A DNA stretch of 64,000 nt from an uncultured Acidobacteriota bacterium (GTDB lineage: Bacteria; Acidobacteriota; Terriglobia; UBA7540), in NCBI GenBank assembly GCA_963804995.1, contig CAWDSK010000003.1, forward strand, positions 768,001 to 832,000, written 5' to 3'. How positions within the stretch are numbered: position 1 is the stretch's first letter; the number at the start of each line of letters is the position of its first letter. Positions 44,204 to 54,591 of this stretch are shown in pieces. The notes under the pieces were generated by a model, which was not told the origin of the DNA, ran no database searches, and saw only the letters and a program-made list of their open reading frames with translations. Made by a program: the position numbers and the translations under genes.

Positions 44204-44612
44204 GCAAAAACTCCTTTCGCAAAAGTTTCATGGCATGAATTTAAATTGGTTGTCTTAACTGGCTTTCGAGGATCAACAACTTCTCTCTCCATATTCGTCG
44301 CGCCTATGATACTCAGCCCCACCCTGGACCGCAATCAGTTGTTATGGAAAGAGGCCTCGCAAAAGGTCAATTTGCCTGAATCGTGTGGCCAGGGGGAGAG
44401 TGCAGGCTTGCCCACAACTCGCCCAGCATGAAATGCGGTGCTCGCCGATGCTACCGGTCTCAGGTAATGACCCGTAACCGCAAGAGGTCAAGAATCATTT
44501 CGGCTCTCCATCACCCTTAAGCAAATTGAAATCGGGTCGATAGGTCTGTATTAGGAGACATTTACGGGTTGCCAATTCAGGAATGAATCGGTCACCCGCG
44601 GAGATTCGTGCC

Positions 44613-44828
44613 ATGACCAAGCTACTCAACGCCAAAGGGCTCTCGTCCACCGAACCACACCTCAAGACATCAGGCATGTCCCTGAACGCCGGCGACATCC
44701 TGGAATGCGTGGCTGACTGCCCCACGTTTGAAGCCGAAATGAAGGAGTGGTGCAAGAACAGCAAGAAAGCCGTGCTGTGGTTCAGGACCGAGGGTAACGG
44801 CGCCACCAGGTGCCAGGTGCAGATCTAA
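44613..44828 (+). CDS. TusA-like protein lacking the CPxP cysteine (possibly degenerate)
   Basis: LNAKGLSSTEP ... GDILECVADCPTFEAEMKEWC. Confidence 0.55.
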   Translation: MTKLLNAKGLSSTEPHLKTSGMSLNAGDILECVADCPTFEAEMKEWCKNSKKAVLWFRTEGNGATRCQVQI

Positions 44829-45132
44829 ATCGGACTTGCCAAAATTTCCCCCCATTGTGTGGGCAGCGACCTGCGGCGCTTACTCCCCTCCTGATTTAGG
44901 AGGGGTGGCGCCGAAGGCGACGGGGTGGTTACCTCGCCCACCAAATGGCGAGGTGAACTCGCCGCTACAGGATCAAACTGAACCACCACCGAATCCTTCA
45001 ACCCCGTTTCACAATCCCCAGCCGTGGTGTAGACTCTTAACGTCCCGAAAACAAATTGTCGTCCGATTGAGTAGTGGGACACATCCAGACCATCAACTCG
45101 GACAAACCACCATATCAACGAGAGGAGTGGCC

Positions 45133-46056
45133 ATGGCCAGATCACCGGAGGAGTTACGAACGGGGTTGCGAGGAATGTTTGCCTTCCCCGTGACACCCTT
45201 TACCACTGCTAACGAGGTGGATGTCAAGAGATTCAGGGAGCATCTGGCCTATCTGATCGAGGCGCGCCCGGCTGCGCTCTTTGTGTGTGGGGGAACGGGT
45301 GAGTTTGTTTCGCTCGATCTCGAGGAATACCGTGCCCTGGTCAAAGCCGCCGTGGCGGAAGCCGCCGGCCGGGTTCCCGTCATCGCGGGTGCAGGATACG
45401 GCGTCAAAATCGCCATCCAATTTGTGCAGGCTGCCGAGGAAGCGGGAGCGGACGGCGTCCTGGTGTTGCCGCCCTATCTTCTGCAATCCGAGCAGGAAGG
45501 ATTATTCGCTCACTACCTCGCCGTTGCCCAAGCCACCCGCTTGGGAGTAATCGTTTATCAAAGGGACAACGCCATCTTCTCTCCCTCCACGGCGCGCCGC
45601 TTGACGGAGATTCCCAACCTCATCGGCTTCAAGGACGGTCATGGAGATATGGAACGCCTCACCCGCATTCGTCTCGCGGTCGGTGACCGGTTCGCCTTCA
45701 TGAACGGTATGCCCACGGCGGAGCTCTCCGCTCTGGCCTTCTTCGGATTGGGAATTTCGAGCTACTCCTCGGCCGTCTTCAATTTCGTGCCGGAGATATC
45801 GCACGCCTTCTTTCGAGCCCTCAACGCTTCCGATATGAAAGGGGTGGGCCACCTGGTTGAAACCTTTTACCGCCCCCTGGCCGAGCTGCGGGAAAAGAAG
45901 AAGGGTTACGCCATCGCGCTGATCAAAGCCGGAGTGAACATCCTCAAAAAGCCCGTCGGCAAGGTTCGGCCTCCCCTGGTTTACCCTTCCCCGGCTGAAG
46001 AGGCTGAACTGAAGACCATCATTGAGAAGGGACTCGCGGCTCTATCTGCAAAATAG
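45133..46056 (+). CDS. kdgD: 5-dehydro-4-deoxyglucarate dehydratase (DapA family)
   Basis: FPVTPF, GGTGEF, LPPYL, YQRDN, GFKDG, GMPTAE, YSSAVFNF. Confidence 0.9.
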   Translation: MARSPEELRTGLRGMFAFPVTPFTTANEVDVKRFREHLAYLIEARPAALFVCGGTGEFVSLDLEEYRALVKAAVAEAAGRVPVIAGAGYGVKIAIQFVQAAEEAGADGVLVLPPYLLQSEQEGLFAHYLAVAQATRLGVIVYQRDNAIFSPSTARRLTEIPNLIGFKDGHGDMERLTRIRLAVGDRFAFMNGMPTAELSALAFFGLGISSYSSAVFNFVPEISHAFFRALNASDMKGVGHLVETFYRPLAELREKKKGYAIALIKAGVNILKKPVGKVRPPLVYPSPAEEAELKTIIEKGLAALSAK

Positions 46057-46248
46057 AAGCGTGGGGGCACCCCTTGTGGGTGCCCGGAAGTCGGCCCCGC
46101 CGACGGGGAGGGCAGGCACGACCCGTCGCCCGAAGGCTTTGGCCCTGCCATCCGAAGGCTTTGCGCCGTAGGATGGACCCAAGGGCGAGGCCAGCCCCTA
46201 CGTCCTCAAAACCGGGCGTGCCTTGGAATGTTTTACGTGGCGTGCATC

Positions 46249-47274
46249 TCAGGCGGCGCGCTTCTGGGCATACCGTGCTGCCATTTCAGACAAGGGCAGC
46301 GGCGCGTAATCACCGGCATGGCCGGCCTGCCCGAACTGCGTCATGCGCAACGCCACAACCTTCTTCATCGCCTCGCGGGCAGGCTTCAGGTAGCTGCGGG
46401 GATCGAACTCCTCAGGCTTCTCGGCGAAGACCTTGCGGATCGCGCCGGTAATCGCCAGGCGATTGTCCGTATCCACGTTGATCTTGCGCACCCCGTTCTT
46501 GATGCCCAGTTGGATTTCCTCCACCGGAACTCCCCAGGTGGGCTTCAACTTGCCACCGTACTGATTGATGACGTCCTGGAGATCCTTGGGGACGCTGGAC
46601 GAGCCATGCATCACCAGGTGAGTTTTCGGCAGGAGCTTGTGGATCTCGATCAGGCGGTCCATTTTCAGTGTTTCGCCCGTGGGCTTCGAGCTGAACTTGT
46701 AAGCGCCGTGGCTGGTGCCGATGGCGATGGCCAAAGCGTCCAACCCCGTGAGCTTTACAAACTCGGCAGCCTGGGCAGGGTCGGTGAGGTGGCTCAGACC
46801 GTCAAGGCCCGCGCCGTGGCCGTCTTCAATGCCGCCCAGACAACCGATTTCGCCCTCCACCGTGATCCCCTTGGCATGGGCCATCTCCACCACTTCCCGC
46901 GTGACCTTAACGTTATAGTCAAAGGTGGAGGGCATCTTGCCATCAGGCATCAGCGACCCATCCATCATGACGCTGGTGAAGCCCAGGTCGATGGCGGACT
47001 TGCATGTCTCCACGCTGTTGCCGTGGTCCAGGTGCAACACCATGGGGATCTCCGGGTAGAGTTCCGCCGCAGCCAGCATGAGGTGATAGAGGAATTTGTC
47101 CTGGGAGTAGCTGCGCGCGCCACGGCTGGCCTGCACGATGACAGGCGATTTGGTTTCTCGGGCAGCCTCCATGATGGATTGGATCTGCTCCATATTATTC
47201 ACGTTGAAAGCACCGACTCCGTAGCCACCCTTGGCAGCTTCGTCCAGTAACTGACGCATGGAAACAAGAGGCAT
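46249..47274 (-). CDS. fba: Class II fructose-bisphosphate aldolase
   Basis: [37 protein letters not shown]. Confidence 0.96.
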   Translation of the reverse strand: MPLVSMRQLLDEAAKGGYGVGAFNVNNMEQIQSIMEAARETKSPVIVQASRGARSYSQDKFLYHLMLAAAELYPEIPMVLHLDHGNSVETCKSAIDLGFTSVMMDGSLMPDGKMPSTFDYNVKVTREVVEMAHAKGITVEGEIGCLGGIEDGHGAGLDGLSHLTDPAQAAEFVKLTGLDALAIAIGTSHGAYKFSSKPTGETLKMDRLIEIHKLLPKTHLVMHGSSSVPKDLQDVINQYGGKLKPTWGVPVEEIQLGIKNGVRKINVDTDNRLAITGAIRKVFAEKPEEFDPRSYLKPAREAMKKVVALRMTQFGQAGHAGDYAPLPLSEMAARYAQKRAA

Positions 47275-47970
47275 AAGACTTGATCTCCTTCGATGAATTC
47301 GAATTTAATGTTCGGGTGTTCCCACCCGTTCCTCAGAGCACTACAGTACGATTGCGATAACTACAATAGGATACACGTGTACGCTCGTCTTTGAAAGAAT
47401 AAGGGTGGGTGAAGCTACATAATGTCCTTTTAAGATATCACTTTCCACTTTCTCTCCTGCCTGCCGACGCGTTTGCCAGCCGCGCGGGGCCCGCTCTCCG
47501 GCCCGCCAATCTTAACGGTGGACGGCTTTTCCACAGCGACGCGATTCTGGCGGCGCGGCGCCCCCGCGGCAGATAGGCCGCTACTTGCCGGAAGATTTCA
47601 ATGCCCGCGGGGCGGCTGGGAATAGTTCTCTGCGAACGAGCTGCTCCCCTCGCAGAACATAAATGACTGTCGGCTGTCATCTGTCAGTTGTTGGCAGGCG
47701 TAGCGCGCAACTGTTTTGTATGTCCGCGGCACACGGGGGTGACCGATCCGAAAGTCGCAGAGCTTGAAACCCGGTTCTGCGCCAGCCAGCCCGTTGGGGC
47801 TCAAGGGCACCTTAGGTGGCGTGGCCCAGAGGTAGCACCATTCGTCCTGGGAATTGCGGCCGTCAAAAAGGCCCACGGTTCACAAGAGGTCGCCCACCGT
47901 TAAGATTGGCGGACTTCGAGGCGCGGCACCACCGTGGCAACCCCGCTCGACGCCGTCAGGATGAAGGCAG

Positions 47971-49371
47971 TTAAGCCTTCAGAGCGGCGGCGAGGGCCTG
48001 ACGGATGGTGGCTTCGCACTCCGGGAAGGCGATATAGCTGTAAGGGTCGTTATAGCCGTCCGCAGCATCTTTGGCGGTGGGGATATAACCGGGACCGCTG
48101 TCGCCGTAACCCAACGTCATGACGAAGGAGTCCGGCCGCAGAGCCTGGGCCCACAACTGGTACTGAACAAAACTTTCGGAGGGCATCAGGACGATCTGCG
48201 CGGGACCGAGGTCGATTGCCGGAACGTCAAGGTGGCACCCGGAATCGGAGCGCTGCCGCCAGCTCAGTCCGATCGCCGCAAAGAACCGGTCCGCTGCCGT
48301 CCGTGTGTTGTCCGTAAGGGTGCGACGGAATTCCTCTGGACTGAACCCGGGCGTGCGGCGGGGCTCAAGTTTCATCGGAACGCAGCGGAAACCCATTTTG
48401 TCCAGAGGATACCTCTTGGTTGATTGCCACGCGGCCAGCATGCCTTGATGCAAACGTTCGGCTAGGATCGGCCGGTTCTGGTGACTTCCGTCGTTGAACT
48501 TACCGGCCATGGTATCTCCGCTACAACCGGAGAAGTAGATCTGGGCAACCGAAGGCATCTCCTTACGCCGCTGCGCCCTCGCCACGCCGGGGAAGTCATA
48601 GGAAACCTCTCCCTTTCCCCAGTAGGTCATGGGATGGGTGGAGTAGCAGCTCAGGGCGGCAACCGGCTGCTCACCATTCCAAAAGCTGATGGTTTTCAGC
48701 CAGGGATCAATTAATCCGGTCGGCATATTTCGAACCACCGGATCACGCTCGCCGCTGGTTCGTCCATAAGAGATCTTTCCGTCCGGGGTAACATAGCGGC
48801 GGTTGGACGCAACCATTTCCACTTTCCCTTGCCCGGTTCCGATGTGGGTGATGGGAAGCGGATTGGCCATGGATTTTCGAAGCGCGGAGGCGACGCGCTC
48901 GACCGTCCGCTCATCAAATTCCGGATCACACAGATCCTGAGAAACGTGATTTTCTTTCAACAATTTTTGCGCGACCACGTCACTGTATACGGCGTCGTGC
49001 TGGTGAACGCAACTGACCAGCACCCTTTCCTTGTCAGTTCCGGCCGCTTCAGCCAGTACAGACCGCCAGCGTTCGTAGGACTCGTTGCAAATCTCACACC
49101 AGTCGACCGCAACCAGCACAATGGGCTTACCGGGACCGGATAGAACCAGCCCGTTGGCCTCGAGCCGGTCGACGATGATCGTGGCACGCACGGGGCGCCC
49201 CCCGAACACCGGATTACCCAAGGCAGGTGTGACATCCTCGATGAACGAGCAAAGTTGAAATTTGCCGCCCGCCAGGACATCACCCTGGCTCACAGCAAAT
49301 CCTCCTCCTATGGATCCCGCGATCAACCTCAAAATCTTACGTCGGGATAAATTGTTCTCATGATTGACCAT
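47971..49371 (-). CDS. Tat-exported protein, neutral-ceramidase-like fold
   Basis: LSRRKIL, DVTP, SCVHQHDA, NRR, YSTHP, GYGD..PGYIPT. Confidence 0.65.
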   Translation of the reverse strand: MVNHENNLSRRKILRLIAGSIGGGFAVSQGDVLAGGKFQLCSFIEDVTPALGNPVFGGRPVRATIIVDRLEANGLVLSGPGKPIVLVAVDWCEICNESYERWRSVLAEAAGTDKERVLVSCVHQHDAVYSDVVAQKLLKENHVSQDLCDPEFDERTVERVASALRKSMANPLPITHIGTGQGKVEMVASNRRYVTPDGKISYGRTSGERDPVVRNMPTGLIDPWLKTISFWNGEQPVAALSCYSTHPMTYWGKGEVSYDFPGVARAQRRKEMPSVAQIYFSGCSGDTMAGKFNDGSHQNRPILAERLHQGMLAAWQSTKRYPLDKMGFRCVPMKLEPRRTPGFSPEEFRRTLTDNTRTAADRFFAAIGLSWRQRSDSGCHLDVPAIDLGPAQIVLMPSESFVQYQLWAQALRPDSFVMTLGYGDSGPGYIPTAKDAADGYNDPYSYIAFPECEATIRQALAAALKA

Positions 49372-49532
49372 TGGAAGCACCTCCACAATCAGCGCAGACC
49401 TACTTTCCAAGGTCCGCAGCTCTTTGGCAGGGCCGCCTGCTCAGCCCCAAGGCGTCAGCCGTGGGCTAGTCGCCGCGGCGCCCCCCCCCGCTACGAGGGC
49501 TGAATTCATCAACGAACTTCTGACTCAGGCCA

Positions 49533-51587
49533 CTAGTGCTCCGGCCGATAGGACTGCAGCGATGGCAGGGTGTCTCCATCGTGGAATCCTTCCCGCACTT
49601 TGTCCATCCAGCGCGTGAATCCGTACCAGTAGAGGAACTCGCGATCAAACTTCCCCAGCGAAGTGCCCAGGCGGTAAGGGGCATACTCCGCCAGCCAGGC
49701 CGGGCGGTAATCTTCGCGCAGTTCGGTTATCCCGTCCATCAGGTCGCCCGCGGGAAAGTGGTCCAGGCAGCAGAGCTCATTCAGAGTGGATGTCACCTGT
49801 TCCTTGCTGGGGTGCGCGCCCAGTTGCTTCCACCGTTCTGCCATATCAGCGGCATAGATGAACTTCATCCCCGTGTAATCGAGCAACCGCGCCCCCAGGT
49901 CCAGGCTGTTCAGGCTTTCGCGATCACCCTGGAGAGCGAAGGCGCGCGACAGGTGTTCCTGCCCCTGCTCCGCCAGCAGACGCACCTGTCGAAAATCCTC
50001 ACGGTGGGGCGCGTACAGCTTGAGACTGTCGGAGCTCAGAGGATCGTCCCACATCCTGATCTGGGTCTCTTCGCCGAAAACCTTTTCCAAACGAGTCTCG
50101 GCGTCGGTCAATTCCCGGAGGGCGGGCGCCACCTCCGCCGCTACCGCGGGGGGATACATGATGCCGGCGTAATCGGAGAAGAAATGTTGGCGCTCGACGG
50201 GACCGGACTGCCACGCCGCCGCCGCACCATAGGCCATCCCTGCCCATGCCATCCTGTACAGGTCTTGATTGTCGTCCGTCCAGAGATTAACCAGTTGACC
50301 GCTGATGCCGTATTTGCGGCCAGTTTCAAGCAGACTGTCAATCAAGGTAAAGCTGAGGTTGAACTCCGGGAAAATCGACAGGCAGTTGTGAATATAAGTT
50401 GAGGCGAATGCCGGGATGTGGTGGGCGGCCCAAGGCGCGAACCACGGGGTGTAATCCTTCTCGATAAAATCATGCCAGGGCACCGCGATTATTCCCGGTG
50501 GAAGGTCAGGAATAATCTCGGGGTACTTTCCGAAAATGTTGACCGTGTCCGCCCAGAACAGCACATGCTTGCCACGTTGTTGAACCACTTTGACGACCCG
50601 ATTTAACTGGTTGAGATACAGTTTGCCGGGAGAGACCTTGGATATTGCGGAAGATTTATCCAGGTCATAGGGTTCGTCAAAGCCTATGTGCATGAAGGGC
50701 GAGGGAAACATGCGCACGAGTTGGTCCACCCAGTCGGTCACCAGGGGCATCACGCGAGGGTCGAGCGCGTTAAAATCCTGCCCGTGCGGGATGACCGCCA
50801 TATCGGCGTAACGTTCGATCCGGAAGAGGTCGTGCAGGTGCCCGTAAAATTCCACACAGGGAACTACATCCACATGGCGCGCACGCGCGAAAGTGATAAT
50901 CCGGCCCACCTGCTCCTGGGTATAGCGAGCCTTGGGGCTTACCAGAGGATAGCCTTGCATCTCAATGCTGGTCTCAGAATAGAAAAAATACTGATTGTTT
51001 TTCCATCGGGATAGGAAATCGATCTGCCGCTTGATCTCTTCTTCGGTCGGCAACGGCCCGTGGCTTAAGTCCACCATCGTTCCCCGGTACGCAAGGGAGG
51101 GCCAATCGCGAATTTCCACTTCCGGAATCGCAGCTTCGGCGCCCGATCCCTCCACGAGTTGCAGCAGGGTTTGAACGCCGTAAAAGATACCCGCCGAGGA
51201 ATTAGCGCGAATTTCGGCACCCTCCGGGGTGACCTTGATCGTGTAAGCCTCGCGCGAATCCGGCCCCGGTTGCTCGCCGGGCTGAGGAAGGTCGGGGCCG
51301 GAGCCGGTCCGTTTGAGCATAATCGTGGGGTGCGCCGCCAGCGTCTCCGCTACTCGGACCTCAACATGGGCACGGGACCCGAGGCCGGATGCCAGCTCGT
51401 CTGCCGCAAACCGATCCTGCGGCGTCTGCTCGCTGCCCAAGCCTATCTGCAAACCGGAGACGGGAAGCCGGCCCGTGCCGTACCGAATCTCCTGCGGCCT
51501 CGGAAGCAAGGGATTATGCCCCTCTCCAAAAAAGAGCGATGGGGTAAAAAGCAAGAACACTAGAAGCATCGTGGATCGCCTAGACAT
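49533..51587 (-). CDS. GH20 beta-N-acetylhexosaminidase-like protein
   Basis: LLPRPQ, FYGVQTLLQL, IRDWPSLAYRG, HIGFDE. Confidence 0.88.
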   Translation of the reverse strand: MSRRSTMLLVFLLFTPSLFFGEGHNPLLPRPQEIRYGTGRLPVSGLQIGLGSEQTPQDRFAADELASGLGSRAHVEVRVAETLAAHPTIMLKRTGSGPDLPQPGEQPGPDSREAYTIKVTPEGAEIRANSSAGIFYGVQTLLQLVEGSGAEAAIPEVEIRDWPSLAYRGTMVDLSHGPLPTEEEIKRQIDFLSRWKNNQYFFYSETSIEMQGYPLVSPKARYTQEQVGRIITFARARHVDVVPCVEFYGHLHDLFRIERYADMAVIPHGQDFNALDPRVMPLVTDWVDQLVRMFPSPFMHIGFDEPYDLDKSSAISKVSPGKLYLNQLNRVVKVVQQRGKHVLFWADTVNIFGKYPEIIPDLPPGIIAVPWHDFIEKDYTPWFAPWAAHHIPAFASTYIHNCLSIFPEFNLSFTLIDSLLETGRKYGISGQLVNLWTDDNQDLYRMAWAGMAYGAAAAWQSGPVERQHFFSDYAGIMYPPAVAAEVAPALRELTDAETRLEKVFGEETQIRMWDDPLSSDSLKLYAPHREDFRQVRLLAEQGQEHLSRAFALQGDRESLNSLDLGARLLDYTGMKFIYAADMAERWKQLGAHPSKEQVTSTLNELCCLDHFPAGDLMDGITELREDYRPAWLAEYAPYRLGTSLGKFDREFLYWYGFTRWMDKVREGFHDGDTLPSLQSYRPEH

Positions 51588-51766
51588 ACACTTCTCCTCC
51601 CGAGTGATTCACAACTGAAATTCCCTGTGGGCCTTCCGACGCTCGAATGGCAAAAGTGAAGGTGAAAGGCAGCACCTTGAAGCATCCTCGCTAAGAAGAC
51701 GAAAACCGGTGTGATGCAGGGGCGTGCTAAACAAGCGACCAACGCGCTCCGAGGCGGAGTTCGGAT

Positions 51767-52780
51767 TTAGTCGCCGGGCCGCTCACGGTACTTTTGTGCC
51801 AGGGCGCGAATTTCATAACTGAACTTGAGGAAGTTCTTCTCCCAGCGCCGGGCTGACGCCGGTGTGTACTTGTAGAAACCCTTCGCGTTTGCCACGCCAC
51901 GGGCGCCCGACTTCAACACTTCTTGCATCAGTTTGGGAACTTCCTTGTCACAACTGAGGTCCGGGAATAAGTCGCGCATCACGGCGGCATACGCCGGGAT
52001 GCCGGTCAAATCCATGTAACGGAAAAGACCGGCGAAGGTAATCCAATACCCATAGTCATTGCGGCAGGAACGGTCTATGTCGGCCGGAGTGGCGTATCCC
52101 CCTTCAACCAGGTGGAAGGCTTCACGCAGCATGGCATACATCAGCCGGTTGGTAATGAAGCCGCGTACGTCGCGCCGCACCAGGGTCGGCTCCTTTTTCC
52201 ACCGCTCGGCCAGCTTGACAACGCGCTCCGCACACTTGGGGCTGGTTTGATTTCCGCAGATGATCTCCATAAAACGCAAGATATGCGCGGGCTCGCCCCA
52301 ATGGATTCCCATGATGCGCTCCGGATGCATCGCACCACGCTGCAGTTCAGTTATGGGCAGGGCGGAAGTGTTGCTGCCGATCAAAGCGTCGGGAGGAACC
52401 GCAGTTTCTATCTTGCGGAGCACCTCATGCTTCACTTCCAGGTTCTCCAGCACGGACTCAACCACAATGCCGCAGTCGCCGAGGGCGGAGTAGTCTTCCG
52501 AGAGCTGGAAGTTCCTGGCCACCGCGCCGGGATCTGCGGACAACAGTTTTTCGCGCTTCATCTCCCGCAGAAAATTGAGGATCTGGCGGCGGGTGTTGCG
52601 CCGGCGTGACACGCTTCGGGTGATGCCCACCACGCGGTGCCCGGCCGCCAATAGACAGGCTATGATGCTGGTGCCCATCAGGCCGAGTCCAATCACCCCG
52701 GCGGGCGTCGATTTCGGGTCGGGCGCAGAACGGCTGGGTTTTGCGCCTGCTTTGGATTTGACTACGGAGTGTTTAGTCAT
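51767..52780 (-). CDS. 3-hydroxyacyl-CoA dehydrogenase family protein
   Basis: GLGLMG, VESVLE, SNTS, GIHW, GFITNRL. Confidence 0.9.
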   Translation of the reverse strand: MTKHSVVKSKAGAKPSRSAPDPKSTPAGVIGLGLMGTSIIACLLAAGHRVVGITRSVSRRRNTRRQILNFLREMKREKLLSADPGAVARNFQLSEDYSALGDCGIVVESVLENLEVKHEVLRKIETAVPPDALIGSNTSALPITELQRGAMHPERIMGIHWGEPAHILRFMEIICGNQTSPKCAERVVKLAERWKKEPTLVRRDVRGFITNRLMYAMLREAFHLVEGGYATPADIDRSCRNDYGYWITFAGLFRYMDLTGIPAYAAVMRDLFPDLSCDKEVPKLMQEVLKSGARGVANAKGFYKYTPASARRWEKNFLKFSYEIRALAQKYRERPGD

Positions 52781-52838
52781 CGGTTCAACCTCATTCTGTG
52801 TTGGGGGCGGGCGCATCGATAAGGCCGGCCGCTTATTC

Positions 52839-54188
52839 TCAGGAGATGTTGTTCTTCTTGCGAAGGTCGACTACGGCTTCCGAGAAACCTTCGATGTGGT
52901 TATCAGCCAGCGTAATCTGATCCGCCTCAGGCCCGATCCGAATGCCGATGCGCTGGCCGGGCCCCTGGGTTTCGCGGATTTCATTTTGTGTGATGGTGAG
53001 CGACTTCGTCTGTGCTTGAATATCGATTCCGATGCCGTGATCTTCCGTCAGCCCCAGAATCCGGTTCTTTTCGATAAGGTTGCGATTACCTTGGAACGCC
53101 GGCCCTTCCTCTTTCCGGAACAGGATGCCGACCTGGCCGCTGGCCCGGACGTCGTTGTCGCGAACCACGTTGTCCGTATCGTGATGCCCAATCGAGATAC
53201 CGTAAAGCTTGTTGCCTTCGATAAAGTTCTTCTCAGCCAGTCCCCACCTGACACCCCAACAGAAGAACAGCCCCTGTTCGTTGCCCACCATGCGGTTGCC
53301 GCGGATTATCGAACGCTGGGAGCCGGAGCCGGGATGGAGCCCCAGGCCGGTGTGATCGTGGCTGTGGCAATCCTCCACCTGCACGTCGTGGCAAATCTGC
53401 CAGCTAATACCGTCGCCGTTGTAGTTGCGCGCCGTGACCTTGCGCATCTTGATCCGGATGCAGTCCTGCAGCCAGATACAGCCGGCGTAATTGCCGTCCA
53501 GATTTTCGTTGTTGGCTTTGTTGCCGTCCAGCGCGATGTCCTCGAAGGTGAGGTCCGCAATGTTCTCTCCGCTGAACAGGGGGAACAGGCTTTCGACTTT
53601 AGGTTCACCTTCCAGAAACACGTTTTCCCGCAGGGCGCGGTCCAGCTTGAAACGGTTGCCATTGCGGGCCACCAGCGTGCGCTTAATGACTTTGAGCTCG
53701 CCTTTGTCCGGGTCCTTCACACGGATGCAAATCCCATCACCGATCTGGAAACCCTTGGGGTCCGCGAAGGTGATCTCCTGGTCGAACCAGTCGGAATCGT
53801 CCGCGAGTTTGGCCAGGAACGAGGGTTCCTTGATGATGACCGTATCGGTTCCGCTGCCCAGGATGCGCACGTTGTTTTGCATGTAAACCGCGTTGCGAAA
53901 GCGGTAAGTGCCCGGCAGGATCTTGACCGTTCCGCCTCCGAATCGCGCCACGGAATCGACAGCCGCCTGAATTACTTTTTCGTTTGAGCCCATCAGGTCG
54001 GCCTTCTGTTGGCCCACTGTTAGGGTGAGACGCTCGGCCCAGTTTGGCTCGATGGGGTCGCCTGACGTCGCTCGCGGGTCCTTGTCGGGAACCGGGTGCT
54101 CACTTACCTTTGCGGCAATCCCCCTCAGTGCGGCACTTCCGATCGCAACGCTGCCGAAGGTAGTGGTTACAAATTCACGGCGATTCAT
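52839..54188 (-). CDS. Tat-exported right-handed beta-helix protein
   Basis: MNRREF, IQAAVD..GGGTV.ILPGTY, repeated GI/NxIxxN strands. Confidence 0.85.
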   Translation of the reverse strand: MNRREFVTTTFGSVAIGSAALRGIAAKVSEHPVPDKDPRATSGDPIEPNWAERLTLTVGQQKADLMGSNEKVIQAAVDSVARFGGGTVKILPGTYRFRNAVYMQNNVRILGSGTDTVIIKEPSFLAKLADDSDWFDQEITFADPKGFQIGDGICIRVKDPDKGELKVIKRTLVARNGNRFKLDRALRENVFLEGEPKVESLFPLFSGENIADLTFEDIALDGNKANNENLDGNYAGCIWLQDCIRIKMRKVTARNYNGDGISWQICHDVQVEDCHSHDHTGLGLHPGSGSQRSIIRGNRMVGNEQGLFFCWGVRWGLAEKNFIEGNKLYGISIGHHDTDNVVRDNDVRASGQVGILFRKEEGPAFQGNRNLIEKNRILGLTEDHGIGIDIQAQTKSLTITQNEIRETQGPGQRIGIRIGPEADQITLADNHIEGFSEAVVDLRKKNNIS

Positions 54189-54591
54189 GGTCCTGCCTCC
54201 TGGTTTGCATGTCAGTTTACCCGAAGTTTCCGGGTCAGCCCCTTACGGCCCCACAGCATACACCCATTGCGAGGTACCCAGTACAGACCTTGTCAAAAAT
54301 AACAGCGCAACCACTGCCTCGGGACAGGCAAACACGCTGGCTCGTTCGGTAGGGCGCAGAGGCACCCAGCACTGAAAATCCGACGAGACTTTGCATTCTG
54401 AAGCTGTCGGGTGTAGGGTAGCGGTCCACTGAAGTATGGAAGAGTAGATTCCGGGGAATAACCCTGCGCACACAATGCCGCCACACAGTGGTCGCGGCAT
54501 TCGAAGTGGAAGCGTCTGGGGCGGCACATGGCAATCTTCTGAAGGTCAGCGCCTCTCAATAAGCTGACGAATTACTACATCGGAGGTATTT

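Noticed and set aside
42959..44431. Long antisense ORFs (also 2005..3228, 39070..40323, 52575..53987, 41812..42885)
   Set aside because: Shadow frames of real genes in high-GC DNA.
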